Positions 9,667 through 19,287 of a DNA stretch of 64,000 nucleotides are shown here, in pieces (positions within the stretch are counted from its first letter, which is position 1; each line of letters begins with the position of its first letter). The notes under the pieces are model-generated. The model saw only the letters and a list, made by a program, of their open reading frames with translations. It was not told where the DNA came from and searched no databases. This stretch comes from an uncultured delta proteobacterium (GTDB lineage: Bacteria; Desulfobacterota; Binatia; Binatales; Binataceae), in NCBI GenBank assembly GCA_963765675.1, contig CAVXXK010000001.1, positions 352,001 through 416,000 on the forward strand, written 5' to 3'. Both the position numbers and the translations under genes were made by a program.

Positions 9667-10674
9667 ATGAACCAGGCAAGATATATCTCGCTATGGCTGA
9701 TGCTCATGTTGGCTGCGTTGATCTTTGCCAACGCTGGATGCGGCAGCGGATCGTCGTCGTCCGCGCCGTCGCCCTTAGCCAATCGGCGCTTCAAAACAGG
9801 CGGAATTTATCCAGAGGGAATCGGGATTGACGCCACCGACCACGTCTGGATCGCGAACCGATACAGCAACAATGTCGTCGAACTGAGCAGCGACGGCGAG
9901 ATCCTGAACACCGTAGCAGTCGGCGCTCGCCCGCACGGACTCAAAATCGATCGCGGCAACACCGAGAACATCTGGGTGCAGAATACCGCGAGCAACGATG
10001 TCACCGCGCTCACGCCGGACGGATCGGTGATCGGAACCTTCTCAACCGGGGGCACCGAACCGCAGCATGCCCAATTCGATCCCGGCGGAAATATCTGGGT
10101 GACCAACCAGGGTAGCAACACGGTCGCCGAGCTCGACGCGTCCGGCGCGATCGTCCAGCAGGTGAACGTCGGTCAGAACCCGCACGCAATCGCTCGCGAC
10201 TCGGACGGCAATTTCTGGATTGGCAACTACTCGAGCGGCAATATCACCGTGCTCGACGCGAGCGGAGGCGTCGTCACGACGATCGACGGAGTTGGTTATC
10301 AGCCGAGCGGCAACGCTATCGATCTGGACCAAAACCTGTGGCAATCCGTTCAAAGTGTCAACCAGGTGGTGCAGTTCGCCGCTGCGCCCGGGTTCAATCA
10401 GATTGCCAATCCGCCGGTCGGCATCGCCCCGCGCGGAGTTACGATCGACAACGTGGGCGACGTGTTTGTCGCCAATCAGCGAACCAACGATGTGTACAAG
10501 CTCGATAAGTCGGGCAGCCTGCTGGCGCGTTACAGAGTCGGCGCTTGTCCTGAAAACATGGCGATCGATTCCAAGGGCAATCTCTGGGTTACGGACGCGT
10601 GCGACAATACCGTTACGCGGCTGAGGCGGGTCGCCGTGCCGATCCCGTCCGGCGACGGCGACTCCAACGGCTGA
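9667..10674 (+). CDS. NHL/Vgb-like beta-propeller lipoprotein
   Basis: Hydrophobic signal ending NAG-C, then repeated P-GIAID--GN-WV-N blades. Confidence 0.75.
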   Translation: MNQARYISLWLMLMLAALIFANAGCGSGSSSSAPSPLANRRFKTGGIYPEGIGIDATDHVWIANRYSNNVVELSSDGEILNTVAVGARPHGLKIDRGNTENIWVQNTASNDVTALTPDGSVIGTFSTGGTEPQHAQFDPGGNIWVTNQGSNTVAELDASGAIVQQVNVGQNPHAIARDSDGNFWIGNYSSGNITVLDASGGVVTTIDGVGYQPSGNAIDLDQNLWQSVQSVNQVVQFAAAPGFNQIANPPVGIAPRGVTIDNVGDVFVANQRTNDVYKLDKSGSLLARYRVGACPENMAIDSKGNLWVTDACDNTVTRLRRVAVPIPSGDGDSNG

Positions 10675-10684
10675 TCCGTTCTCC

Positions 10685-11698
10685 ATGTCCGAATCCAACC
10701 GAGTCTTCATCCGTATTGCGCGCGCGATCGCTCGCGTATCGATTCTGCTCGGCACAGTGAGTATCGGTGCCGCACTGATATTCGCGCCGGCGCCTGCGCA
10801 CGGCCGGATACGCCACAAGCCACGTCCTACTGCGACGGCGCGGCCCACGGGTCCGGTGCTCGAATCCGAAACCCAGGTCCTTGCGTACGACGTGTCGATC
10901 TATCGCGACGAGCACGGATGCGGCGGTGCGTACTTCGAGATCAAGCGCGGATATCATCTCGAATACACCAGCCGTCCGCTGTGCGACGCAGCCCTGCGAG
11001 TGGGCGCGCTCGCGCCTGACGACCCCGATGAACGTTTCCTTGCGCCCGGGCACGACCTGACCGGCGACGGCCGTCCCGACCTGGTCGTCACGGGATACAC
11101 GCCGGGCGCAAGCTGCTGCCTGACGTTCTATATGTTCGAACTGGAACCGAAATTCCGCGCGCTGGGAAAAGTCCAGTTGCGTAACGACGACCCGCAAAGC
11201 CCGCACTTCGTGCGGCTGGGAAACGACGGCGTGCAGATCGTGTTGCACGACTGGACTTTTGGCGGATGGCACACCGACTTCGCCGCCTCTCCGGCGCCGC
11301 TCGTGATCCTCGGGTATCGTGACGGCAGATGGCGGGTCGCTGCCGACCTGATGCGCCAGCCCGCGCCAAGTGCGCCGCAGCTCGAGAGCAGCGCCAACAA
11401 CACGCGCGTCGACGCGATGGCGGCGAATTACAACGATCCGTTTCGGATCTGGCCCGATGCGAAAATCCCGAGCGAGCTATGGGGCCACATGCTGACCCTG
11501 ATCTATACGGGGCATCCGGATCTGGCATCGAAGTTTGCCGATCTGGCATGGCCGGCGCGGATTCACGGCGAGGATCGTTTTCTCGCGGAGTTTCGCGCGC
11601 AACTCGCGCGCAGTCCGTATTGGACGGGAATCAAGGCGATCGCCGCGACCCCCACTGCAACGCCCACAGCGACACCGACGCCTGCCCCCGCACTATAA
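10685..11698 (+). CDS. Exported hypothetical protein with Pro/Thr-rich tail
   Basis: N-terminal hydrophobic signal, DLTGDGRPD (FG-GAP-like) motif, C-terminal ATPTATPTATPTP. Confidence 0.6.
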   Translation: MSESNRVFIRIARAIARVSILLGTVSIGAALIFAPAPAHGRIRHKPRPTATARPTGPVLESETQVLAYDVSIYRDEHGCGGAYFEIKRGYHLEYTSRPLCDAALRVGALAPDDPDERFLAPGHDLTGDGRPDLVVTGYTPGASCCLTFYMFELEPKFRALGKVQLRNDDPQSPHFVRLGNDGVQIVLHDWTFGGWHTDFAASPAPLVILGYRDGRWRVAADLMRQPAPSAPQLESSANNTRVDAMAANYNDPFRIWPDAKIPSELWGHMLTLIYTGHPDLASKFADLAWPARIHGEDRFLAEFRAQLARSPYWTGIKAIAATPTATPTATPTPAPAL

Positions 11699-11726
11699 TT
11701 CGCGGGGTCGCGCGAAAATTGCGAAA

Positions 11727-11755
11727 CGGCCGCCGCGAAGTTTTCGCGGCGGCCG
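11727..11755. terminator. Perfect 13-bp hairpin between convergent genes
   Basis: cggccgccgcgaa-gtt-ttcgcggcggccg; no clear U tract. Confidence 0.55.
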
Positions 11756-11785
11756 CTCGCTTACGATCAATGATGCGTTAGCCGG

Positions 11786-12391
11786 CTATTTCATCGCGCT
11801 CGCTTTCTGAAAGGATGGCCGTGCAAGGCAGGTATCGAGCCACGCCTTGGCGGTCGAGGTGCTGGAAAGATCGTGCTGCGCAAACGCCGCCATGCTCAGC
11901 ACTGAAGCCGCATTAAGGTCGGCGATCGTGAAGTCATTGCCGAGCAGATACGCGTGGCGCTTCAGATGCGCGTCAAGCACGGCCATCGGCGCGCCGAGCG
12001 CACCCGCGGCGTCCGCGAGCGCTTTTGCGCTGCGCTGCTCGGCGGGCAGAAACAGCTTTTGCCCCAGGATCGTGATCAAAGGTGGTTCGAGCTCGGTCAT
12101 CGCCCAGAAGCTCCACTGGAAGGTGTGTCCGCGATCGGCAACCGACGCGGGCCAAAACGGCGTTTTTCCGTACTTCTCGGCGAGATAGAGATTTATTGCC
12201 ATCGATTCCCAGAAATAATGGCCGCCGTCCTCGAGGACGGGGATGTGGCCGTTGGGATTGCGCTTTAGATGTTCGGGGGTGCGGGTTTCCGGGACGGCGG
12301 TTGGGACGTGATCATATTTGACGCCGAGTTCTTCGAGCGCCCAAAGGGATCGCGGGGCACGCGATTGCGAAGTGCCATAGAGGGTGGTCAT
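11786..12391 (-). CDS. Glutathione S-transferase family protein
   Basis: NPNGHIPVL, ESMAINLYL and FTIADLN motifs; GGAGG RBS. Confidence 0.92.
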   Translation of the reverse strand: MTTLYGTSQSRAPRSLWALEELGVKYDHVPTAVPETRTPEHLKRNPNGHIPVLEDGGHYFWESMAINLYLAEKYGKTPFWPASVADRGHTFQWSFWAMTELEPPLITILGQKLFLPAEQRSAKALADAAGALGAPMAVLDAHLKRHAYLLGNDFTIADLNAASVLSMAAFAQHDLSSTSTAKAWLDTCLARPSFQKASAMK

Positions 12392-12479
12392 CGTGGGTAC
12401 CTCCAGAAGGTTGCGAATTGCAACTACTTCTATAGCGCGGACGCGCGGTGGCGACAAATGCATCGCGCGCGGCAGCGAA

Positions 12480-12737
12480 TCATCCGCCGGTCAGCGCGCC
12501 GACGATCTGCACTTCATCAGTCGGCGCCAGCGTGGTCGCGAGCGTGTTCACGGCCTCGCCGTTTACGAAAATCCGGATATGGCGTCGAACGCGATCCTGC
12601 TCGTCGATAATCCGAAAGCGGATTCCTGGAAATTGCGCGTCGAGGTTTTGCGTCAGCTCCTCGAGCGTGCGCCCCGCGCCCTCAACCTCCGCCGCGTGCG
12701 TGTAAGAGCGAAGCTGGCTTGGAATCAGCACGCGCAT
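12480..12737 (-). CDS. MoaD/ThiS-family ubiquitin-like protein
   Basis: 85 aa, IPSQLR..L..L...FPG...RI..FVNG, ends LTGG; start overlaps the upstream stop (TGATG). Confidence 0.85.
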   Translation of the reverse strand: MRVLIPSQLRSYTHAAEVEGAGRTLEELTQNLDAQFPGIRFRIIDEQDRVRRHIRIFVNGEAVNTLATTLAPTDEVQIVGALTGG

Positions 12738-13951
12738 CACGCAACCGTTGCGGCGGCAACGGAGTAGATCTCCGGCAGATGCGCCGCGAGCTGACGCCAT
12801 CGGCGGCCTTCGTCGATACTGGCCCATAGCTCGCCGCAGGTGGTTCCAAAGTAAAGCCCCAGAGGATCGCGATCGTCGGCGCAAAAGCCCTGCCGCTTCA
12901 CCGTCATCCATCCTTGCGCGCGCGGGAGCCCGCGGTCTTGTCGCTCCCAAGACTCACCCGCGTCGCGTGTGAGATAAACCGCCGGACGTCCTCCCGGGCT
13001 GGTGCGCGGCCATACGGTGGTGCCGTCCATCGGAAAAACCCACGCGCGTTCGGGATCGCGGGGATGCAGCACGATCGGGAATCCGATATCGCCGATCTCC
13101 TCCGGCATGTTGCGTCCGATCCGAACCCATTCGTCGCCCGGACGGTCGAGCCGGTAGATCCCGCAGTGGCTCTGTTGGTAGAGACGATCGGGCGCGAGCG
13201 GATGCATCTGCAGACAGTGAGTATCCTGCCCAAACTCGGGATTGGAGTTGGGCAGAAAGAGCGCCTCGACGTTTTTGTTGAGCGGACGCCACGACGCCGC
13301 ATGGTCGTGCGATTCAAACACTCCGCCCTCGGACGTGACGACATACATGTGCGCCGCGTCGCGCGGATCGATCGTGACCCATTGCAGGATCGATCCGTCG
13401 GGCGTGCCCGCGTCAGGATTGTTCCACTGCCAGTACATCGGATGCTCATTCCATCCTGCGATCGGCGTCCAGGTCACGCCCGCGTCTTCACTGCGGAACA
13501 GGCCCGGCGGGCAGGTGGTCGCGTACCATGCGTTGGGTTCGCTCGGATGCGCGGGCGCGAGCGAGAATGTGTAGTCCACCGCGAGCGCGCGGGCGCCCTC
13601 AGGCGCTTTGGGAAACGCGGGAGGGCGGGACGCCTCGGTCCAGGTTCGGCCCATATCGGTCGAGCGGAAAATCGTGGGGCCCAGATGCCCGGTCTTCGAC
13701 GCCATGAGCATCGTCGCGCCGTCCCTTGGATCGAGCATCAAATGATTAACGATATGACCCAGGAAATGCGGCCCGTCGATGGTCCATTTGCGCCGCTGCG
13801 GATCGGAATGAAAGAGCCACGCACCCTTGCGCGTGCCAACCATCAGAAGTGTCCTGCCGGCCGCCGCGCGATTCTTCGCACGCGCACGCACGCGTCGAGC
13901 ACGAGCAACTGGCGACTTTGTCGCGATGCGTCCAGCGGGCTTGCGCTTCAT
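12737..13951 (-). CDS. BNR/Asp-box beta-propeller protein (often annotated exo-alpha-sialidase or glycosyl hydrolase)
   Basis: Asp-boxes [40 protein letters not shown]; N-terminal VGTRKG; no signal peptide. True start may lie downstream of 13951. Confidence 0.85.
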   Translation of the reverse strand: MKRKPAGRIATKSPVARARRVRARAKNRAAAGRTLLMVGTRKGAWLFHSDPQRRKWTIDGPHFLGHIVNHLMLDPRDGATMLMASKTGHLGPTIFRSTDMGRTWTEASRPPAFPKAPEGARALAVDYTFSLAPAHPSEPNAWYATTCPPGLFRSEDAGVTWTPIAGWNEHPMYWQWNNPDAGTPDGSILQWVTIDPRDAAHMYVVTSEGGVFESHDHAASWRPLNKNVEALFLPNSNPEFGQDTHCLQMHPLAPDRLYQQSHCGIYRLDRPGDEWVRIGRNMPEEIGDIGFPIVLHPRDPERAWVFPMDGTTVWPRTSPGGRPAVYLTRDAGESWERQDRGLPRAQGWMTVKRQGFCADDRDPLGLYFGTTCGELWASIDEGRRWRQLAAHLPEIYSVAAATVA

Positions 13952-14109
13952 CTCGATACCTCCTGCCCGGTCTCATCGGCGCAGCAAAGAATCATGCGAA
14001 AACGGATGCTAGTGTCCTCGCACATCAAGGGCAATGGCGACGGCGCAGTCCACCGCTGTGGCGATGGTTTACAGCCGCGCACAAACGGGGCACGATCGCG
14101 ATGCCTGCA

Positions 14110-15456
14110 ATGTCAGATCAAGTTGTAACCGTAATTGGCGCGGGGCTCGCCGGCAGCGAAGCCGCATGGCAACTCGCGCGGCGCGGATGCCGCGTGCGGC
14201 TGGTCGAGATGCGCCCGGTCAAGATGACCGAAGCGCATCAGACGGCAAACTTCGCCGAGCTGGTGTGCTCGAACTCATTGCGCAACGCGGGACTCGAGAC
14301 GGCGGTCGGGGTGCTCAAGGAAGAGATGCGCCGGCTCGGGTCGATCATTATCGCGGCGGCGGATCGGGCGCGCGTTCCCGCGGGATCGGCGCTGGCGGTC
14401 GACCGCGAAGATTTCTCGGGCTTCATCACCGCGACACTTTGCGCGCATCCGCTGATCGAGATCGTGCGCGCCGAGGCCGCGGCGATTCCGGCAGGACCCG
14501 CAATCGTCGCGAGCGGTCCTCTCACCAGCGACGCACTCGGCGACGCACTGAGCGCGATCATCGGGCCGCGCAATCTGTACTTTTACGACGCGATCGCGCC
14601 GATTGTCGCTGCCGATTCGATTGACATGAGTGTCGCGTTCCGCGCCTCTCGCTACGGACGCGGCGGCGACGATTACATCAACTGCCCCATGACCGAGAAC
14701 GAGTACCACGCGTTTATCGACGCGGTCGTCGCAGCGGAAAAGATTACGTTGCATCCGTTCGAGAAGCCGGTTTACTTCGAGGGCTGCATGCCGATCGAGG
14801 AGATGGCGCGGCGCGGGCCGATGACGCTGGCGTTCGGGCCGATGCGCCCGGTGGGACTTTCCGATCCTCGCACCGGAGCGCGGCCGTTCGCGGTGGTGCA
14901 ACTGCGCCAGGACGATCACGCGGGACGCATCTACAATATCGTAGGCTTTCAAACCAAGATGACCTACCCAGAGCAGCGCCGCGTATTGCGGATGATTCCG
15001 GGGCTCGCGCGCGCCGAGTTCGTGCGCCTGGGCTCGCTGCATCGCAACACCTTTATCGATTCGCCGCGCCTGCTGTATCCGACGCTGCAACTGCGCGCGC
15101 GCGGGGATTTGTTTCTTGCGGGACAGATGATCGGCGTCGAAGGCTACGTGGAATCCGCCGCGGCCGGACTTCTCGCCGCAATTAACGCGGCGCGGCTGGT
15201 CGCGAATCGTCCGCTCGTCGTGCCGCCGCGCGAGACCGCGCTCGGCTCGCTGGTCGCATACGTGACCGACGCTTCGCGCATCGATTTTCAGCCGATGAAC
15301 GCCAACTACGGACTGATGCCCGAGCTGAGTTTCCGCGCGCGCGCCCGCGAGAAAAAAATTGCGATGGGCGAGCGCGCGCTTACGGCAATCGACCAATGGA
15401 TCGCGGCGCACGCGCTGGAGCCACGCGACCATGAACCCGCGGCGAGTGTGCTATGA
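14110..15456 (+). CDS. trmFO: tRNA-(uracil-54) methyltransferase TrmFO (Gid)
   Basis: [51 protein letters not shown]. Confidence 0.96.
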   Translation: MSDQVVTVIGAGLAGSEAAWQLARRGCRVRLVEMRPVKMTEAHQTANFAELVCSNSLRNAGLETAVGVLKEEMRRLGSIIIAAADRARVPAGSALAVDREDFSGFITATLCAHPLIEIVRAEAAAIPAGPAIVASGPLTSDALGDALSAIIGPRNLYFYDAIAPIVAADSIDMSVAFRASRYGRGGDDYINCPMTENEYHAFIDAVVAAEKITLHPFEKPVYFEGCMPIEEMARRGPMTLAFGPMRPVGLSDPRTGARPFAVVQLRQDDHAGRIYNIVGFQTKMTYPEQRRVLRMIPGLARAEFVRLGSLHRNTFIDSPRLLYPTLQLRARGDLFLAGQMIGVEGYVESAAAGLLAAINAARLVANRPLVVPPRETALGSLVAYVTDASRIDFQPMNANYGLMPELSFRARAREKKIAMGERALTAIDQWIAAHALEPRDHEPAASVL

Positions 15457-16382
15457 AGCTCGGCGCATTCGACGTAGGCACCAATACGGTCTTGATGCTG
15501 GCGGTCGAGATCGACGGCTCGGCGCCGCCGCGAGCGCTCCTGGAGTGTTCGCGAATCACCCGGCTCGGCCGCGGGTTGGACAAGAGCGGCCATCTCGATC
15601 CCGCCTCCGCCGCGCTCACTTTGGCCGCGATCGAGGAATTCGCCGCGCGCGGACGTGCACTCGGCGTCGAGCGCTTTGTCGCCGCCGGCACCGCCTCTTT
15701 GCGCGACGCGACCGACGGTCCCGCGTTTATCGCGCGAGTGCGAGAGCGCGCGGGCGTCGAGCTCCAAACAATCTCCGGCCTTGAAGAAGCGAGCCTGTCG
15801 CATCTGGCGGTAACTCACGGGCTCGCGATCGATCCCGCGCTTCCGATCCTGATCGTCGACATCGGCGGCGGCTCGACCGAGTTGATTCGCGCCGAGCCCG
15901 GACATCCGCTCGAAATGGTGAGCCTGCAAATCGGCTCGGTCAGGATGACCGAACGCTACATCCACAGCGATCCGCCGTCCGCCGAGGATGTGCGCGCGCT
16001 CATCGGCGCGATCGACTCCGCGATCGACGCGGAGAAGTGGAATTTCCACCCGGCGAAGATGGTCGGGATCGCGGGCACCGTCACTACGATTTGCGCCGTC
16101 GCGCTCGCGATGAAGGAGTACGACGCAACAGTTGTGCATGGCCACGTGCTTGCGCGCGCCGAGGTCGAGCGCGTGGTCGAGTTGTTTCGATCGCGTCCGC
16201 TCGCCGAACGGCGCAAACTGCCGGGCCTGCTCGAGGGTCGCGCCGACGTGATTTACGCGGGCGCGATGATCTTGCTGCGCCTGATGAATCGCTTCGGCGC
16301 AAGCGAGGTAATCGTCAGCGACCAGGGCGTGCGCTGGGGTCTCGTCTGGCGGGAGGCCGAGCGGATACGCACGGGGGGCTGA
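15453..16382 (+). CDS. ppx: Ppx/GppA-family exopolyphosphatase (short form)
   Basis: [36 protein letters not shown]; ATGA overlap with trmFO. Confidence 0.88.
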   Translation: MKLGAFDVGTNTVLMLAVEIDGSAPPRALLECSRITRLGRGLDKSGHLDPASAALTLAAIEEFAARGRALGVERFVAAGTASLRDATDGPAFIARVRERAGVELQTISGLEEASLSHLAVTHGLAIDPALPILIVDIGGGSTELIRAEPGHPLEMVSLQIGSVRMTERYIHSDPPSAEDVRALIGAIDSAIDAEKWNFHPAKMVGIAGTVTTICAVALAMKEYDATVVHGHVLARAEVERVVELFRSRPLAERRKLPGLLEGRADVIYAGAMILLRLMNRFGASEVIVSDQGVRWGLVWREAERIRTGG

Positions 16383-16462
16383 GCGCTGCCCAGGTTTTGG
16401 CCGCACGCAATGTTTGCCCCTGGGCGGGTTCTGCCATAGTGATCACGCGGGAGGAACCGGCG

Positions 16463-16732
16463 ATGACCAAGGCGGAGTTGATCGATTCCGTGGCGCGGGT
16501 ATCGCGCCAGCCACGAAAATCCGTCGAGACGACGATCGACCTTGCGTTCGAGCAGATTGCGCGGTCGATCCGGCGCGATAAACGCTTCTGGGTGCCGGGC
16601 TTCGGCACCTTCACGGTTCGGCGTCATCGCTCGCGCACGGGATACAATCCGCGCACCAAATCCGCAATGACGATTCCCGCGATGCGCACGGTCGGTTTCC
16701 GCGCCGCACCACAACTGAAAAAAGGGCTCTGA
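16463..16732 (+). CDS. HU/IHF-family DNA-binding protein
   Basis: MTKAELI..GFGTF..RTGYNPRT..F.A...LK; GGAGG RBS. Confidence 0.92.
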   Translation: MTKAELIDSVARVSRQPRKSVETTIDLAFEQIARSIRRDKRFWVPGFGTFTVRRHRSRTGYNPRTKSAMTIPAMRTVGFRAAPQLKKGL

Positions 16733-16783
16733 CCAGATCGGCGAATCCGCCCGGACCGATTTGTTCGCGCTCAAATTCTTGAC

Positions 16784-18181
16784 ATGCCCAGGCTCTGGCT
16801 GGTGATTCTGATTCTCGCGCTGGCCGCAGGAGCGGTTTTGCGCTTCGCCAATCTGGGCGGCAACGAGATGTCCGCTGACGAGGCCGCGACTTGGGCGGCC
16901 GCGGCGGCACCGAGCGTGTCGCAAGTCATCGCGCTCGGCGAGCAGCTCAATCCTGGAAAGATCGCCGCGCACGAGGTTCTGTTGCATGGCTGGATCGCGA
17001 TGTTCGGCGACGGAATCGTCGCGTTGCGTGCGCTGTCCGCGCTTTTCGGCACTCTCGCGATCCTGCTGGTGTTCTGGGTTGCGCGCGAGTTGCTGATCGC
17101 ATCCCCTCTCCACAGCGCCGCACCCGGTTTGCCTGATGCCGAGGCATACCTGGCTGCGGCGATTGCCGCGCTGATATTCGCGGTCAGCCTGGTGATGCTC
17201 AAATATTCGCGGGAGCTGCGGATGTACTCGATGATGCTGGCGATCCTGCTCGCGCAATTGGGCTTCTTCATTCGCGCGTCGCGCCGGGGCGGGATCGGCA
17301 ACTATATCGGCGCTGGAGCCTTTGCCGGCGCGGCGGTGACCGTCAACTTTTTCGCGATCCTGATCCCTGCGTCCGAGGCGATTTGGCTCGTGTATCTGCT
17401 GGCGCGCTCTGGCTTCAGGCCTGTAGCCGCCGAGTCGCGGCGCGCGTGGGCAATCGCGATCGCGCTGGCGATCGCGGGCGGGGTCTTCGCGCCGCTGACG
17501 CTTTTGGAGTTGCGCAACGGTGGCGCGGCGGTAGATCGCGGGATGCTCCAATGGATCGGACGGCCTGCGTTGTGGGAGCCAATCTCGCTGTTCAACAAGG
17601 CCGCGGGCAGCTTCACGTTCCCACTCCTCGCCGTGCTGGCGGCCTACGGCGCGATTCGCGGATGGAGGACCGCGCGCGACGCCGTCGCCTTCGCGCTGGT
17701 GTGGATGTGGGCGCCTGTTGTCCTGATGATGATCGCGTCGTACGCCGTGGCCCCCGTGCTGGTTGAACGTTACGTGCTGTCGTGTTTCGTGCCGCTATTC
17801 TTTCTCGCTGCGATCGGCGTCTGTGAACTCCGCACCGGCGTCGCGCGCGGCGCCGTGATTGCCGCAGTAGTCGCGCTGTCGCTCGGACACGTCTGGAGCT
17901 ACGCGAGCAAGCCGCACGACATCCAGTGGCGCGAGGCAACCGCGATCGCGCTCAAGAGTCTCGCGCCTGGCGCCACGATAAGCGCGCGGCCCGCGTATGC
18001 GGTCGAGGTCGTGCGCTACTACCTGCCACCGTCAGAGCGCGAACGCGCACAGCGAAAAGGTAATCCCGCGGTCGTGCTGCTCGAGGATCGTTCTGGCAGC
18101 GCCAGGCAGCACTCGGGCTTGCGTCGGGATTTTCCCGTGACAATCGCACGACTGCGCGGTGTGATGGTCCTCAAGCAATGA
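16784..18181 (+). CDS. GT-C fold (PMT/ArnT-like, family 39) membrane glycosyltransferase
   Basis: LRF.NLG..MSADEA after TM1, LRALSAL, YSRELRMY, ERY; polytopic. Confidence 0.8.
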   Translation: MPRLWLVILILALAAGAVLRFANLGGNEMSADEAATWAAAAAPSVSQVIALGEQLNPGKIAAHEVLLHGWIAMFGDGIVALRALSALFGTLAILLVFWVARELLIASPLHSAAPGLPDAEAYLAAAIAALIFAVSLVMLKYSRELRMYSMMLAILLAQLGFFIRASRRGGIGNYIGAGAFAGAAVTVNFFAILIPASEAIWLVYLLARSGFRPVAAESRRAWAIAIALAIAGGVFAPLTLLELRNGGAAVDRGMLQWIGRPALWEPISLFNKAAGSFTFPLLAVLAAYGAIRGWRTARDAVAFALVWMWAPVVLMMIASYAVAPVLVERYVLSCFVPLFFLAAIGVCELRTGVARGAVIAAVVALSLGHVWSYASKPHDIQWREATAIALKSLAPGATISARPAYAVEVVRYYLPPSERERAQRKGNPAVVLLEDRSGSARQHSGLRRDFPVTIARLRGVMVLKQ

Positions 18182-18213
18182 TATAAATCGGACAGGCTCG
18201 AAGGAGTAACAAG

Positions 18214-19071
18214 ATGGCTGAATCCGCACCCAACCCGAATTCGCTCAAGCGCGACCAGCGAGTGATGTGGGACGACAGCGCCGCTGGATGGAACAAATGG
18301 TGGCCGACCTTCGAGCGCGCCGCGCAGAAAGTCAGCGACCGACTCGTCGCGCTGGCGGGCGTTCGCGCGGGTGCGCGCGTGCTTGATATCGCAACCGGCA
18401 ACGGCGAGCCAGCGGTGACGGCGGCGCGACTCGCAGGAGCGTCGGGCCATGTGACCGGGGTTGATCAATCGCCCGGGATGCTGGCGATTGCGCGCGAGCG
18501 CGCGAAGAGCCTCGGGCTCAAAAACCTTGAATTCGTCGAGTCAGACGCCGAGGCGATAGCGCTGCCCGCGGCGAGCTTCGACGCCTGCGTATGCCGATGG
18601 GGCCTGATGTTCATGCCAGATCTGTCCGCGGTGTTGCGGACTCTTCATCGCGCGCTGAAACCCGGCGCGGGTTTCGCAACCGCGGTGTGGAACTCGGGCG
18701 ACAAGGTGCCGATGATCACGCTCGCTGCCGACGCAGTGCGTCAGATCGCGGGACTGAAACCGCCATCGCCCGGCGCGCTCGAACCGACGCGGCTGGCCGA
18801 TACCTCGATTCTAAAAACCGCGCTCGAGCAGGCGGGGTTCAGCTCGATCGTGATCGAGCCGATGGCCGTGACCTTCGAATTCGTGACGATGGCCGAATTT
18901 ATTGGGTTTCGCAGCGAGGTCGGCCGCGCGCAAGCAATGATGGCAAGACTCGATCCTGCGACGCGCGCCCGCGTGCAGGCCGCGATCGGCGACGCGGCGA
19001 AAAAATTTCAGGGCTCCGACGGCCGCGTGCGCCTTTCCAACGAGACGATCTGTTTTTCCGCGCGCGCCTGA
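18214..19071 (+). CDS. Class I SAM-dependent methyltransferase (UbiE-like)
   Basis: VLDIATGNGEP, GVDQS, FDACVCRWGLMF, LKPG. Confidence 0.9.
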   Translation: MAESAPNPNSLKRDQRVMWDDSAAGWNKWWPTFERAAQKVSDRLVALAGVRAGARVLDIATGNGEPAVTAARLAGASGHVTGVDQSPGMLAIARERAKSLGLKNLEFVESDAEAIALPAASFDACVCRWGLMFMPDLSAVLRTLHRALKPGAGFATAVWNSGDKVPMITLAADAVRQIAGLKPPSPGALEPTRLADTSILKTALEQAGFSSIVIEPMAVTFEFVTMAEFIGFRSEVGRAQAMMARLDPATRARVQAAIGDAAKKFQGSDGRVRLSNETICFSARA

Positions 19072-19287
19072 TGAAGCCGCGTCCTCTACGCGGGACTCAC
19101 TCTCCTCGCGCAATCAGGCCGAGCGCGATGAACAACTCTCGTATCGCGACAGCGCCTTCGCTGCTTCGCTATTTGCCACCTACGATCGCGATTCTAGTCG
19201 TGATCGCATGCGGCACTAGCACCGCCCACATCGATCTCCAGGCGGCCGCACTGCGTTCGAGGTTTCCATAAGCCCGAGGGGGGGCAG

